Assembly (NCBI GenBank): GCA_965116905.1
Contig: OZ220732.1
Span: forward strand, 3,648,001 to 3,712,000
DNA from: Longimicrobiales bacterium
GTDB lineage: Bacteria > Gemmatimonadota > Gemmatimonadetes > Longimicrobiales > Gaopeijiaceae
Reading direction: 5' to 3'
DNA length: 64,000 nucleotides
Of this stretch, positions 10,359 to 20,505 are shown one piece after another (within the stretch, counting starts at the first letter, position 1; every line of letters begins with the position of its first letter). Under the pieces are notes generated by a model. It made no database searches. It was given only the letters and a program-made list of their open reading frames with translations, and had not been told where the DNA came from. The position numbers and the translations under genes are program-made.

Positions 10359-11169
10359 CCTTCTTCCTTCGCGCCTCCCGCTGCCTGGCGCGGCGCTTCT
10401 CGACCCGGTCGTACATCTCGCGCATCACCTCGACGATGTCGGGTGCCTTGGCGAGAAAGCGCTCTTCCACGACCCGCTGTATCCCTTCGGGAATGCCGTG
10501 CAGCCCCTCTGCGATCGGGCCCGCGATGGCGGCGAGCGTGTCGGAATCGCCGCCCAGGGAGATCGCGTTGCGGATCGCGTCCTCGAAGCAGGTCGACTCG
10601 AGCGCGCAGGTGATCGCCTCGGGGACCGTGTTCTGGCACGTCTCGTCGAAGCGGTAGAACGTCCGTATGTCGTCCACTGACCGCACGAGGTTGTAGCGGT
10701 AGCGGGCCGTGATCGTCCTCCGGATGACGTGCGCTTCCTCGCCTTCGAGCGCCAGCCAGGTCGCGTGGACGGTCGCCCGCGCCCCCTTGATTCCCTCCGG
10801 GTGGTTGTGCGTGATATTCGTGAGCCGGTCGCAGGCGGCGAGTGCGGCGTCGAGATCGTCGTAGTGCAGAAACGCGGCCGGCGAAATGCGCATCGCGGCA
10901 CCGTTTCCGCAGCTGCCGTAGGGCTCGGGGTGGTCGGACCACATCCAGTCGACGAACCAGCCTCCGTAGGACGCCGGATAGCGGCGGCACCACTTCTGAA
11001 GGGTCTCCGGCGCCCTGCGGTCGTGCAGAAGGATGTCGGCGATCGCGGCCGTGCAGACCGAGTCGTCCGTAAAGTGGCCCTCCGAATGGAACAGGTCGAA
11101 GGTCTTCGTCTTTATCCGGTCCCACTCGTAGACGGACCCGACGACGTCCCCGATGATCGCTCCCCACAT
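10264..11169 (-). CDS. ADP-ribosylglycohydrolase (DraG/ARH family)
   Basis: Motifs [42 protein letters not shown]. Start at MWGAII (11169). Confidence 0.9.
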   Translation of the reverse strand: MWGAIIGDVVGSVYEWDRIKTKTFDLFHSEGHFTDDSVCTAAIADILLHDRRAPETLQKWCRRYPASYGGWFVDWMWSDHPEPYGSCGNGAAMRISPAAFLHYDDLDAALAACDRLTNITHNHPEGIKGARATVHATWLALEGEEAHVIRRTITARYRYNLVRSVDDIRTFYRFDETCQNTVPEAITCALESTCFEDAIRNAISLGGDSDTLAAIAGPIAEGLHGIPEGIQRVVEERFLAKAPDIVEVMREMYDRVEKRRARQREARRKKATRPVRRFPARRPPGGARAAGPPASAPRDTP

Positions 11170-11283
11170 TGTGCATCCCCCTTGCTCGCACTTCACATCC
11201 GCGCCAGACTTGGATCGCCGTTTTTCCCGTCCCGGCGTCACCCAGGCCCAACTGCACGCCCCACACTCTCTCCGATAACTACC

Positions 11284-12959
11284 ATGCTTTCCGACATCGA
11301 AATCGCGCAAGCTCACCGAATGAAACCGATCGCCGAGATCGCCGCCGCCGCGGGGCTCGGTTCGGACGAAATCGTACAGTACGGCCACCACAAGGCCAAG
11401 GTCCCGCTGGACGTGGTTCAGGCGCGTCCCGACCGCGGGGCCAGGCTCGTGCTGGTGACCGGGTGCAGCCCGACCGCCGCGGGCGAGGGCAAGTCCACGG
11501 TCTCGGTGGGCCTCGCCGACGCGCTCAACCTGAGGGAACGCAACCCCGTTCTCTGCATCCGCGAGGCGTCGCTGGGACCCGTGTTCGGGATCAAGGGCGG
11601 AGCAGCCGGGGGGGGCTACTCGCAGGTGGTCCCGATGGAGGACATCAACCTCCACTTCACCGGCGACTTCCACGCGATCACGTCGGCGCATGCGCTGCTT
11701 TCGGCGATGCTCGACAACCACCTCTTCCGGCCGAACAGCACCGGGCTGGACCACCGCCGCATCACCTGGGGGCGCGCCGTCGACATGAACGATCGCGCGT
11801 TGCGGAACGTGATTGTGGGGCTGGGCGGGCCCTTCGGCGGGATACCGCGCGAGGACGGCTTCATGATCACGGCGGCATCCGAGGTCATGGCGATCTTCTG
11901 CCTGGCGCGCGACCTGGCCGACCTGGAGCAGCGGCTGGGCAACATCATCATCGGGTACACGCGGGGCCGCGAGCCCGTGCGCTGCCGCGACATCGGCGCC
12001 CAGAAGGCGATGACGATCCTCATGCGCGACGCGTTGCACCCGAATCTGGTGCAGACGCTCGGGGGCACGCCGGCGTTCATTCACGGGGGACCGTTCGCCA
12101 ACATCGCACACGGGTGCAACTCGCTCATCGCCACCCGCGCGGGGCTCAAGCTCGGCGACATCGTGGTGACCGAGGCGGGCTTCGGGGCCGACCTGGGAGC
12201 CGAGAAGTTCTTCGACATCAAGTGTCGCCTTGGCGGACTCCGTCCCGACGCCGTCGCGATCGTCGCGACCATCCGCGCGCTCAAGATGAACGGGGGAGCA
12301 TCCAGGGACAGCCTGGCGACCGAGGACGTGGACGCGCTCCGGCGCGGCATGGAGAACCTCTACGGCCACGTCGAGAACGTGGCGAAGTTCGGGGTCCCGG
12401 CGGTGGTCGCGCTGAACCGGTTCGCGAGCGACACGGCCGAGGAGGTCGCGACCGTCCTGGACGGCTGCGCGGCACGCGGGATCGATGCCGTCGAGGCCGA
12501 TCCCCACGGCGGTGGCGGAGACGGGTGCGTCGACCTGGCCGACGCCGTCTGGGAGCTGGCCAACAGCGGGGACGCCGATTTCCGGCCCCTGTACCCGGAC
12601 GAGATGCCGCTGAAGGAGAAGATCGAGACCGTGGCGACCGAGATCTACGGATCTACGGCGCGGCGGGGGTGGACTTCCAACCCGGGGTGACCGCGGAACT
12701 GGAGCGCCTCGAGTCCTTCGGGCTGGCCGGCGCCCCCGTTTGCATTGCCAAGACGCAGTACTCGTTCTCGGACAACCCGGCGCTGCTGGGGCGGCCGCGC
12801 GGCTTCCGGATCGCCGTCCGGGAGGTCACGCCGTCGGCCGGCGCGGGGTTCGTGGTCGTGAAGACGGGCTCGATCATGACGATGCCGGGCCTCGCGGCAA
12901 GACCGGCAGCGCTGAACATGACGATCGACGACGACGGGGTGATTTCCGGGCTGATGTAG
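11284..12959 (+). pseudogene. fhs: Formate--tetrahydrofolate ligase, frameshifted by an 8-bp tandem duplication (pseudogene or assembly error)
   Basis: Motifs [35 protein letters not shown] in one frame; the C-terminus (IYGAAGV, CIAKTQYSFSD, IMTMPGL) continues in another frame after GATCTACG GATCTACG at 12642-12657. Confidence 0.9.
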
Positions 12960-12967
12960 GGGGGCTG

Positions 12968-13771
12968 ATGAGCAGGGGTGTTCGGGTCGCGAGTTGGCTG
13001 GCGGCGGTGATCATGATCGCCTACGGCTTCGCGAAGCTGACCGGATCCCAGTTCACCGTGCTGGACTCCGAGCTCACGAAGCCGATGGGCCAGGTGAGCG
13101 GGTTCTGGCTGACCTGGTACTACTTCGGATTCTCCTCCACCTACGGAACGATCATTGCCCTGGTCGAGATCGGCGGCGGGCTGCTGCTGGTCTGGCCGCG
13201 GACCTCCCTGCTCGGCGCACTTGTCCTGTTGCCGGTGGTGGGCAACATCATCCTCACGGACATCCTGTTCGGCGTGGGCGCCCTGCCGGCCTCGGTGACG
13301 GTGCTGGTCTGTCTGCTGATCGTGCTGCGACCGCACGCACGGCGGCTGGCAGAGGCCGTGTTGCTCGAGATCAAGTCGTCCAGAAGAGCCGTAACGCTTC
13401 GAGCGGCCGCTGTTGTGGCCGTACTCGCCGGAGCATGGGGATTCGGCTATTGGGCCGCCAACTACAACAATCGCGAGCCTACCCCGATTGATGGCGTTTG
13501 GACGGTCGAGGACTCGCGCGTCGCGATCGAAGACGACGGGGCACGCCTGCAACGCGTGTTCTTCGAATACAATCGCGCCTACATGGCCGTCTTCCGGTTT
13601 GCCGACGGGGATGCCGTCCACCATTTCGAGGTCGATTCGGGTCGGGTGCGTGTGTGGGAGACGTGGAAGGAAAAGGGCACGTTGATCTACGAAGGTGAGA
13701 TCGTCGACACGGGACGGATCGAGTTGCGGCCAAGTGGAGGCGGCTCTCCGGTCGTGCTGGTCAGGGAGTAG
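12968..13771 (+). CDS. DoxX-like membrane protein with soluble C-terminal domain
   Basis: YGFAKL-x-GSQF, LTWYYFGFS and EIGGGLLL TM pattern. Confidence 0.7.
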   Translation: MSRGVRVASWLAAVIMIAYGFAKLTGSQFTVLDSELTKPMGQVSGFWLTWYYFGFSSTYGTIIALVEIGGGLLLVWPRTSLLGALVLLPVVGNIILTDILFGVGALPASVTVLVCLLIVLRPHARRLAEAVLLEIKSSRRAVTLRAAAVVAVLAGAWGFGYWAANYNNREPTPIDGVWTVEDSRVAIEDDGARLQRVFFEYNRAYMAVFRFADGDAVHHFEVDSGRVRVWETWKEKGTLIYEGEIVDTGRIELRPSGGGSPVVLVRE

Positions 13772-13904
13772 GGGTTGGGACGCAACGCCGACGACCGGAT
13801 GAGTCCCTAGCGCCCCATTCAGCAGGACTGGCGAACGGCACCTCGCTTGCCCAAGTTGTGGCCGCATCAAGCCTGCCGGCCTCCTTTCCCCCCAACCCTT
13901 CCCC

Positions 13905-14162
13905 ATGCCCGACTCCAACGCCTACTGGTCCCGCAACCTCCGCTATCTGGGGATTCTGCTGTCCATCTGGTTCGTGGTGTCCTACGGCTGTGCGATCGTC
14001 TTCGCCGACGCGCTCAACACCATCCGGATTCCGGGGACCGGCTTCAAGCTCGGGTTCTGGTTCGCCCAGCAGGGATCGATCTACGTCTTCGTGGTGCTGA
14101 TCTTCGTGTACGCGCGCCTGATGAACCGGCTGGACAGGGAGTTCGGGGTGGCCGAGGAATGA
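13905..14162 (+). CDS. DUF4212 small membrane subunit associated with solute:sodium symporters
   Basis: AYWSRNLR and GFWFAQQGSIYVF; lies directly upstream of an actP-like gene. Confidence 0.88.
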   Translation: MPDSNAYWSRNLRYLGILLSIWFVVSYGCAIVFADALNTIRIPGTGFKLGFWFAQQGSIYVFVVLIFVYARLMNRLDREFGVAEE

Positions 14163-14245
14163 GGGGCCGCCCGAACAGGCCACCCGTCCGGGTCTTGCCA
14201 GTTCCGAGCATACGGCGCGCCCTGACCCCGCGGCACGGCTAGCCC

Positions 14246-15937
14246 ATGGACGTCCGACTCTGGACCTTCATCATGGTGGGGATCTCGTTCGCCCTCTATA
14301 TCGGGGTGGCGATCTGGTCCAGGGCCGGCTCCACCAAGGACTTCTACGTGGCCGGCACCGGCGTGTCGCCCCTCGCCAACGGGATGGCCACGGCGGCGGA
14401 CTGGATGTCGGCGGCGTCCTTCATCTCGATGGCCGGACTGATCTCGTTCATGGGGTACGACGGCTCAGTCTACCTGATGGGATGGACGGGTGGCTACGTC
14501 CTGCTGGCCATGCTGCTGGCGCCCTATCTGCGGAAGTTCGGCGCATACACGGTGCCGGAGTTCGTGGGGCAGCGTTACTACTCGCAGGTGGCACGGGTGG
14601 TGGCGGTGGCGTGCGCGATCTTCGTCTCGTTCACGTATGTCAGCGGCCAGATGCGCGGCGTGGGCATCGTCTTCAGCCGCTTCCTGGAAGTGGACGTGAC
14701 CGTCGGCGTGGTCATCGGGATGGGGATCGTCTTCTTCTACGCCGTTCTGGGCGGGATGAAGGGCATCACCTACACCCAGGTCGCGCAGTACTGCGTGCTG
14801 ATCTTCGCCTACATGGTGCCGGCGTTTTTCCTGGCGATCATGCTGTCGGGGACGTTCATCCCCCAGTTCGGATTCGGGGGCGCGGATCCTGTCAGCGGCG
14901 TCTTCCTCCTCGACAAGCTGGACGGACTCCACCAGGAGTTGGGCTTCACGCCGTATACGGACGGCACCAAGTCGATGATCGACGTGTTCTTCATCACGGC
15001 CGCGCTCATGGTGGGCACGGCCGGGCTGCCGCACGTGATCATCCGCTTCTACACCGTGCCCAAGGTGCGGGACGCGCGGATTTCCGTGGGCTGGGCGCTG
15101 CTCTTCATCGCGATCCTCTACACGACCGCGCCCGCGGTGGCGGTGTTCGCGCGCGCCAACCTGCTGGACACCGTGGCCGGACAGCCGTACGCGGAGATGC
15201 CCGAGTGGTTCAGCAAGTGGGAGGACACCGGGCTGATCACCTACGAGGACAAGAACGGCGACGGCAACATCCAGTACGTTGGCGACGCGGCCACAAACGA
15301 ACTCACGATCGACCGCGACATCATGGTCCTCGCGAACCCCGAGATATCGCGCCTCCCCAACTGGGTGGTGGGACTGGTGGCCGCGGGCGGACTGGCGGCG
15401 GCGCTGTCGACGGCGGCGGGCCTGTTGCTGGTGATCTCGTCGGCGATCAGTCACGACCTGCTGAAACGGGCGTGGAAACCGGACATATCGGAGAAGGGTG
15501 AACTGCGGGCGGCCCGGATCAGTGCGGCCTTCGCCGTGGTCGTGGCGGGCCTGCTCGGGATCTACCCCCCGGGCTTCGTGGCGCAGATCGTGGCGTTCGC
15601 GTTCGGCCTGGCCGCATCCTCGTTCTTCCCCGTGATCATCCTGGGGACGTTCACTCGCACGATGAACCGCGAGGGGGCGATCGCGGGCATGCTTTCGGGC
15701 ATCACCTTCACCGCCGCGTACATCATCTACTTCCGCTTTGTGAACCCGGCGGCGGACTCGCCCGAGAACTGGTGGTTCGGCATTTCGCCCGAAGGGATCG
15801 GCACCGTCGGAATGCTGCTCAACTTCGCGGTCGCGTTTGCGGTGTCGAAGTTCACGCCGTCGCCGCCGGCAAGCGTCCGTGAGCTCGTCGACCGCATCCG
15901 CGTGCCCGGGACGATCAGGACGGGAGGCGGGTCGTGA
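14246..15937 (+). CDS. actP: Cation/acetate symporter (ActP-like, SSS family)
   Basis: Motifs NGMATAADWMSAASF, GGMKGITYTQVAQY, GTAGLPHV, AAALSTAAGLLL. Confidence 0.85.
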   Translation: MDVRLWTFIMVGISFALYIGVAIWSRAGSTKDFYVAGTGVSPLANGMATAADWMSAASFISMAGLISFMGYDGSVYLMGWTGGYVLLAMLLAPYLRKFGAYTVPEFVGQRYYSQVARVVAVACAIFVSFTYVSGQMRGVGIVFSRFLEVDVTVGVVIGMGIVFFYAVLGGMKGITYTQVAQYCVLIFAYMVPAFFLAIMLSGTFIPQFGFGGADPVSGVFLLDKLDGLHQELGFTPYTDGTKSMIDVFFITAALMVGTAGLPHVIIRFYTVPKVRDARISVGWALLFIAILYTTAPAVAVFARANLLDTVAGQPYAEMPEWFSKWEDTGLITYEDKNGDGNIQYVGDAATNELTIDRDIMVLANPEISRLPNWVVGLVAAGGLAAALSTAAGLLLVISSAISHDLLKRAWKPDISEKGELRAARISAAFAVVVAGLLGIYPPGFVAQIVAFAFGLAASSFFPVIILGTFTRTMNREGAIAGMLSGITFTAAYIIYFRFVNPAADSPENWWFGISPEGIGTVGMLLNFAVAFAVSKFTPSPPASVRELVDRIRVPGTIRTGGGS

Positions 15938-16734
15938 CCGTCAGCGCGCGGTCGCGCACCCGGCCTGCCCTGCCCACCCTGCCCGCCGCCCTCCTGCCTG
16001 CGGCCCTCGTCATTGCCGTTGCGCCAACCCCCGCGCACCCCCAGACCGAGATGCACTTCCAGTACGGGAGCCACACCAACCCGTTCGCGGAAACCAGCAC
16101 CGGCACGGTCGTCGTCACCTTCCAGCACGCTTCCTTCTGGAAGTTCGGCGACAACTTCCTGTTCATCGACGTAATCGACGATGGGGTCAACGATGGCTTC
16201 AACGACAACGACTTCTATGGCGAGTGGTACTCGAACATGAGCCTGACCAGAATCCGCGGCGGAGGGTTGGAGAGCGGCCCCGTCGCGGACCTGGGTCTGA
16301 TCTTTGGCTTCGCCGCCGGAGCGGATGCCAACGTCCTTCAGGCGCTGACGGGCGCGCGCATTTCGTGGCGCATTCCGGGTTTCGTCTTTCTCAACACCGA
16401 CTTCATGGGGACCGTCGACTACAGCGGAGGCCTGGACAGCGGGGGAGCCCCGAAGGCCGGCAACCGCTTTGTCTTCGACATCAACGGGCTGCTTCCCTTC
16501 AACCTTGGCAGCCAGTCGTTCTCGATCACGGGTCATGCGGAATACGCCGGCCCCACGACCAACGAACTGGGCAACGACGTGCCGTTCTCGATCCTGGCGC
16601 AGCCGCAGTTGCGCTGGGACCTCGGCGACGAGAACGGTTACTTCGTGGGCATCGAGCATCAGTACTGGCGCAACAAGCTCGGGACCGACGTGGACGAGAA
16701 CATCGTGCAGCTGCTGGTGGTCTGGCAGTTCTAG
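15934..16734 (+). CDS. Tsx/OmpK-like (DUF5020) outer-membrane channel
   Basis: Signal peptide, amphipathic beta strands, GDNFLFID, QPQLRWD, GIEHQYWRNKLG, C-terminal Phe. GTG start overlaps the actP stop. Confidence 0.78.
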   Translation: MTVSARSRTRPALPTLPAALLPAALVIAVAPTPAHPQTEMHFQYGSHTNPFAETSTGTVVVTFQHASFWKFGDNFLFIDVIDDGVNDGFNDNDFYGEWYSNMSLTRIRGGGLESGPVADLGLIFGFAAGADANVLQALTGARISWRIPGFVFLNTDFMGTVDYSGGLDSGGAPKAGNRFVFDINGLLPFNLGSQSFSITGHAEYAGPTTNELGNDVPFSILAQPQLRWDLGDENGYFVGIEHQYWRNKLGTDVDENIVQLLVVWQF

Positions 16735-16758
16735 TTGTCCCGCAGTTGTGGTGCGCCG

Positions 16759-18138
16759 TCAGGGGCGGCGGCCGTCCCGCGACCACGCCGGACCCTGGCA
16801 GTTGCAGAGCGTGCGGATGTAGGCGACCAGCGACCGGATCCGACCGTGGTCCAGCGATTTTCCGAACCCGGGCATGCGGTGGCTCTTGCCCAGAATCCAG
16901 CCACCCGCGTGGATGCCGTCGTACAGCGTATCGTCGGGTCGAAGGGACATGGCCGCCGAATCGGAATGCGCGACCGGGGGGACGGGCATGAACGGCGCGT
17001 TGAAGCCGTCTCCGCCACCCTGCACGCCGTGGCAGGTTGCACAACGCGACAGGTAGAGCGTCTCGCCCGTCTGTAGCGTGGCGGACACGGCGGGCGGGGT
17101 GGGCGCGGAGGGCAGGGCGGGCATTCCCGGGACGGGATCGCTGCCGGTCCACGCCGCCTCCCGGCCAAGCAGGAAGGATGCGATCAGATCGAGCCGGTCC
17201 GGCTGCTCCAGCGACCCCGGCATGACGATGTCGGCCGCCAGATGAGCCGGGTCCTCGATCAGCGAACGCACGTACCCTGGCTGAAGCCGATGAGCGATGC
17301 CATCGAGGCGGGGCCCGATCCGGCCGCCGTCGTCACCGAGTTGATGGCACCCCAGGCAACTCCATCGATCCCGCAACAGCGTCTCGGCCTTATCCATGGA
17401 GAACGCAGACAGTTCGGCCGGCTCCCACGGCGCTGCGGCCGAGGCCGAGCGTGCCATCAGATACCCGGAGATCGCGTTCACCTCGGCGGACGCCAGGCGG
17501 AAATCGGGCATTTGCCCGCCGAGGCCGGGAACAGGCCCGGAGGGGCGGATCGTCACCGGGTCGGACAGATACCCGGACAGCCAGTCCGCAAGCACCCTCG
17601 ATCCCTGGAAGCTCAGGTCGGGCGCGCTGCGGCGCGGTGCCACCTCCGGGTGCGCGTGGCATCCGGCGCAGTTCAGGGTTTGAAACAGGACCCGGCCCTC
17701 GGCCCGATCCGCGTCCGGGTGACGGGCCCGCGCCGCGAGAAACGCATCGTCGACACCTCTGAGCTCGCGCTCGTTCGTAACAAAAAGCGCGAGGGCCACA
17801 CGCTCCCGTTCCGTCAGGTCGTAGCGAGGCATGCGCGCCGGCGCGATGTCGGGCCGGATCGTCTGTGGATCGGCCATGTAGTGGAAGATGTAGGCCGGTG
17901 CCAGGGGCGCGGCGCCTTCTCCCATCGCGGGCGTTACCCGACGGATGTCCTCCGCTTCGGGGACGCCTTCGTGACACGCGCCGCATCCAAGCGACGCCAC
18001 CAGCCGCTCCCCGTCCGGTTGGGCCGGTTGGGGCCACGGTCCGGCCGGCGGCAGCCCCTCGGTGCCGGCAGACAACACCCCGGCCGCCAGCACGGCCACG
18101 CCGCCGATTGTCCACCGAACCACCCTTCGTGCTCGCAT
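16759..18138 (-). CDS. Exported tetraheme c-type cytochrome
   Basis: Four CxxCH motifs (CGACH, CAGCH, CLGCH, CATCH), each followed by an MP distal-ligand motif; N-terminal signal or anchor. Start at MRARR (18138). Confidence 0.88.
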   Translation of the reverse strand: MRARRVVRWTIGGVAVLAAGVLSAGTEGLPPAGPWPQPAQPDGERLVASLGCGACHEGVPEAEDIRRVTPAMGEGAAPLAPAYIFHYMADPQTIRPDIAPARMPRYDLTERERVALALFVTNERELRGVDDAFLAARARHPDADRAEGRVLFQTLNCAGCHAHPEVAPRRSAPDLSFQGSRVLADWLSGYLSDPVTIRPSGPVPGLGGQMPDFRLASAEVNAISGYLMARSASAAAPWEPAELSAFSMDKAETLLRDRWSCLGCHQLGDDGGRIGPRLDGIAHRLQPGYVRSLIEDPAHLAADIVMPGSLEQPDRLDLIASFLLGREAAWTGSDPVPGMPALPSAPTPPAVSATLQTGETLYLSRCATCHGVQGGGDGFNAPFMPVPPVAHSDSAAMSLRPDDTLYDGIHAGGWILGKSHRMPGFGKSLDHGRIRSLVAYIRTLCNCQGPAWSRDGRRP

Positions 18139-18152
18139 GAAAGCCCGACCCG

Positions 18153-18689
18153 TCAGTGAAGGTAGAAGAGTTGAACGGCCCAGTACGGTACCATTCCCAC
18201 GAGGGTTGTCACCACTGCCCGCCAGGTCCCGAAGCCCATGGTCCGGCGCAGCCCCGCCGTGCCGGCCACGAGCACCCACCCCTGCGCAGCCAGATGGATC
18301 CCGCCAACCAGCGGTGTCAGGGCCGCGAGAACGCCCGGCGCCCTTGCAAAGCCCAGGACGCGAATCAGCGCTCCCCAGTCGGCGCGGCCCCCCAGGATCT
18401 TCCCGCCCACGACGTAGGCGATGCCCGCCCAGACCCACCACTGCAGAATGCCGGCGGCCGCGGCCTGTGCCATCTCCAGCCATCCCAGCGGGTAGTCGGT
18501 GCTCGCCACCGCCAGCGAGGCAAGAACGACCACGCAGGCGGCCTGGACGGTGGCACGCCGATCTTCGGCCACCTCTTCGTACACGCTCCCGTCCAGGAGC
18601 GCCGCACCGCGGATCCTGGCCCAGACGCCTCTGCGGACGGCGTCGCCGCGACCGGATGAATCCGACGCCTTGTTGGAGTCGACGGACAT
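18153..18689 (-). CDS. Yip1-family membrane protein
   Basis: GAALLDGSVYEEVAED followed by about five TM segments. Confidence 0.7.
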   Translation of the reverse strand: MSVDSNKASDSSGRGDAVRRGVWARIRGAALLDGSVYEEVAEDRRATVQAACVVVLASLAVASTDYPLGWLEMAQAAAAGILQWWVWAGIAYVVGGKILGGRADWGALIRVLGFARAPGVLAALTPLVGGIHLAAQGWVLVAGTAGLRRTMGFGTWRAVVTTLVGMVPYWAVQLFYLH

Positions 18690-18735
18690 GATGGGAAAGA
18701 TGGGGTCAGCCCGTGCAAGCCGCCAACACCGCCCG

Positions 18736-20505
18736 GTGAACCCGTTCCTCCGGCCTGTTGCGCGCACGGATCTCCCCGCAAACTTCGGGGTTGCCACGAA
18801 CACCCTCCCCTCCAGACCCCGCAGCCTTCCGATCGCACACGACATCAACACCCTCCCGGCCCGGCTCGCACGACCCTCCTGCTCCGACCGAACGGCCCTG
18901 ATCGACGGCGGGGGCAGCTGGACCTACGCCGACCTGCTGGCCAACGCGACCACGGCCCGTGACCGCCTGATGGAAGCAGCGATCTCGGGCCCATCCGCGG
19001 AACCGGCATACGCGAGCCCCTCCGCTGCGCCGCGAGGGTCGCCCGACGCACCCCTGGCCGGCGAGCGCGTGGCCTACCTGATACCGCCCGGAGCAAGCCA
19101 CGTGGCGGTGCAGGTGGGCGCGTGGCTGGCGCGAGGCGTCGCGGTGCCGCTGGCGGTGTCGCATCCGCCCCCGGAGCTCGAGTACGTGCTCGCCGACGCC
19201 CAACCGCGTGTCGTCGTGCTGGATCCGGCGCTGCCGCACTCGTCCGCGCTGGCCGCCGCCGCGTCGGCGCGGGGCATTCCCGTGCTGGAAGCCCCCGACG
19301 GAATCTCCCTGCTCCAACCCGGCTCGCACCCGGATGGCGCCGACGCGCCCCCACCCCACCCCACCGACCCCACACACACCACCCGCCCCGCCGACCCCGC
19401 CTTCATCATCTACACCAGCGGCACCACGGGTCGGCCCAAGGGAGTCGTCACCACCCACCAGAACCTCGCGGCCCAGATCACCGCGCTGACCACCGCGTGG
19501 GCCTGGCACGAGAGCGACCGCATTCTGCACACCCTCCCCCTCCACCACGTCCACGGCCTCGTCAACGCCCTGGCCTGCGCCCTCTGGTCCGGCGCCGCAT
19601 GCGAATTCGGCCCGGGGGCGCCGGCCGCCACCTGGGAGCGCTTCGCGTCCGGCGGCATCACGCTGTTCATGGCGGTGCCCACGGTCTACGCCCGCCTGAT
19701 CCGCGCCTGGGAGGACGCTCCACGCTCCACGCGGCAGCGGTGGGCGCGGGGGGCGCGGCGGCTCCGCCTCATGGTGTCGGGTTCGGCGGCGCTTCCCACG
19801 GCCGCCTTTCACCGCTGGCGGGAAATCACCGGCCACACGCTGCTCGAGCGGTACGGCATGACGGAGATCGGCATGGCGCTCTCCAATCCGCTGGAGGGCG
19901 AACGCCGTGCGGGGCACGTGGGGCATCCGCTGCCCGGGGTCGACGTGCGGGTCGTCGACGGCGAAGGGCGGCCGGTCGCCGCGGGCGGCCAGGGCGAGAT
20001 CGTCGTCCGCGGTCCTCAGGTCTTCCGCGAGTACTGGCGGCGTCCCCGGGAGACCGGCGCGTCCTTCCGCGACGGCTGGTTCCGCACCGGTGACGAAGGA
20101 CTGGTGGGCGACGAGGGCTACCACCGGATCCTCGGACGGCGCAGCGTGGACATCGTCAAGACCGGAGGGTACAAGGTGTCGGCGCTGGAGGTGGAGGAGA
20201 CCTACCGGACGCACGGAGCGATCCGCGACCTTGCCGTGGTCGGCGTGCCGGACCCGGAATGGGGCGAGCGGATCTGCGCGGCATGGGTCCCGGCGGACGG
20301 CTTCGGCACAGTCGACGGGCCGGCGCTACGCGCGTGGGGCAAGGAGCGATTGGCCCCCTACAAGGTGCCCCACGACTTCCTTCCGGTCGGCGATCTGCCC
20401 CGCAACGCGATGGGGAAAGTGCGAAAAGACGCCGTCTCCCGCATGTTTACGCGGCCCGACGCGCCGGACCCCCAGCCGACCCAGCCGAACGAGGAGCCCG
20501 CTTGA
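18736..20505 (+). CDS. Acyl-CoA synthetase (MatB/ACSF3 malonyl-CoA synthetase-like); start uncertain
   Basis: Motifs YTSGTTGRPKG, LPLHHVHG, ERYGMTE, GWFRTGD, LPRNAMGKV. Confidence 0.85.
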   Translation: MNPFLRPVARTDLPANFGVATNTLPSRPRSLPIAHDINTLPARLARPSCSDRTALIDGGGSWTYADLLANATTARDRLMEAAISGPSAEPAYASPSAAPRGSPDAPLAGERVAYLIPPGASHVAVQVGAWLARGVAVPLAVSHPPPELEYVLADAQPRVVVLDPALPHSSALAAAASARGIPVLEAPDGISLLQPGSHPDGADAPPPHPTDPTHTTRPADPAFIIYTSGTTGRPKGVVTTHQNLAAQITALTTAWAWHESDRILHTLPLHHVHGLVNALACALWSGAACEFGPGAPAATWERFASGGITLFMAVPTVYARLIRAWEDAPRSTRQRWARGARRLRLMVSGSAALPTAAFHRWREITGHTLLERYGMTEIGMALSNPLEGERRAGHVGHPLPGVDVRVVDGEGRPVAAGGQGEIVVRGPQVFREYWRRPRETGASFRDGWFRTGDEGLVGDEGYHRILGRRSVDIVKTGGYKVSALEVEETYRTHGAIRDLAVVGVPDPEWGERICAAWVPADGFGTVDGPALRAWGKERLAPYKVPHDFLPVGDLPRNAMGKVRKDAVSRMFTRPDAPDPQPTQPNEEPA

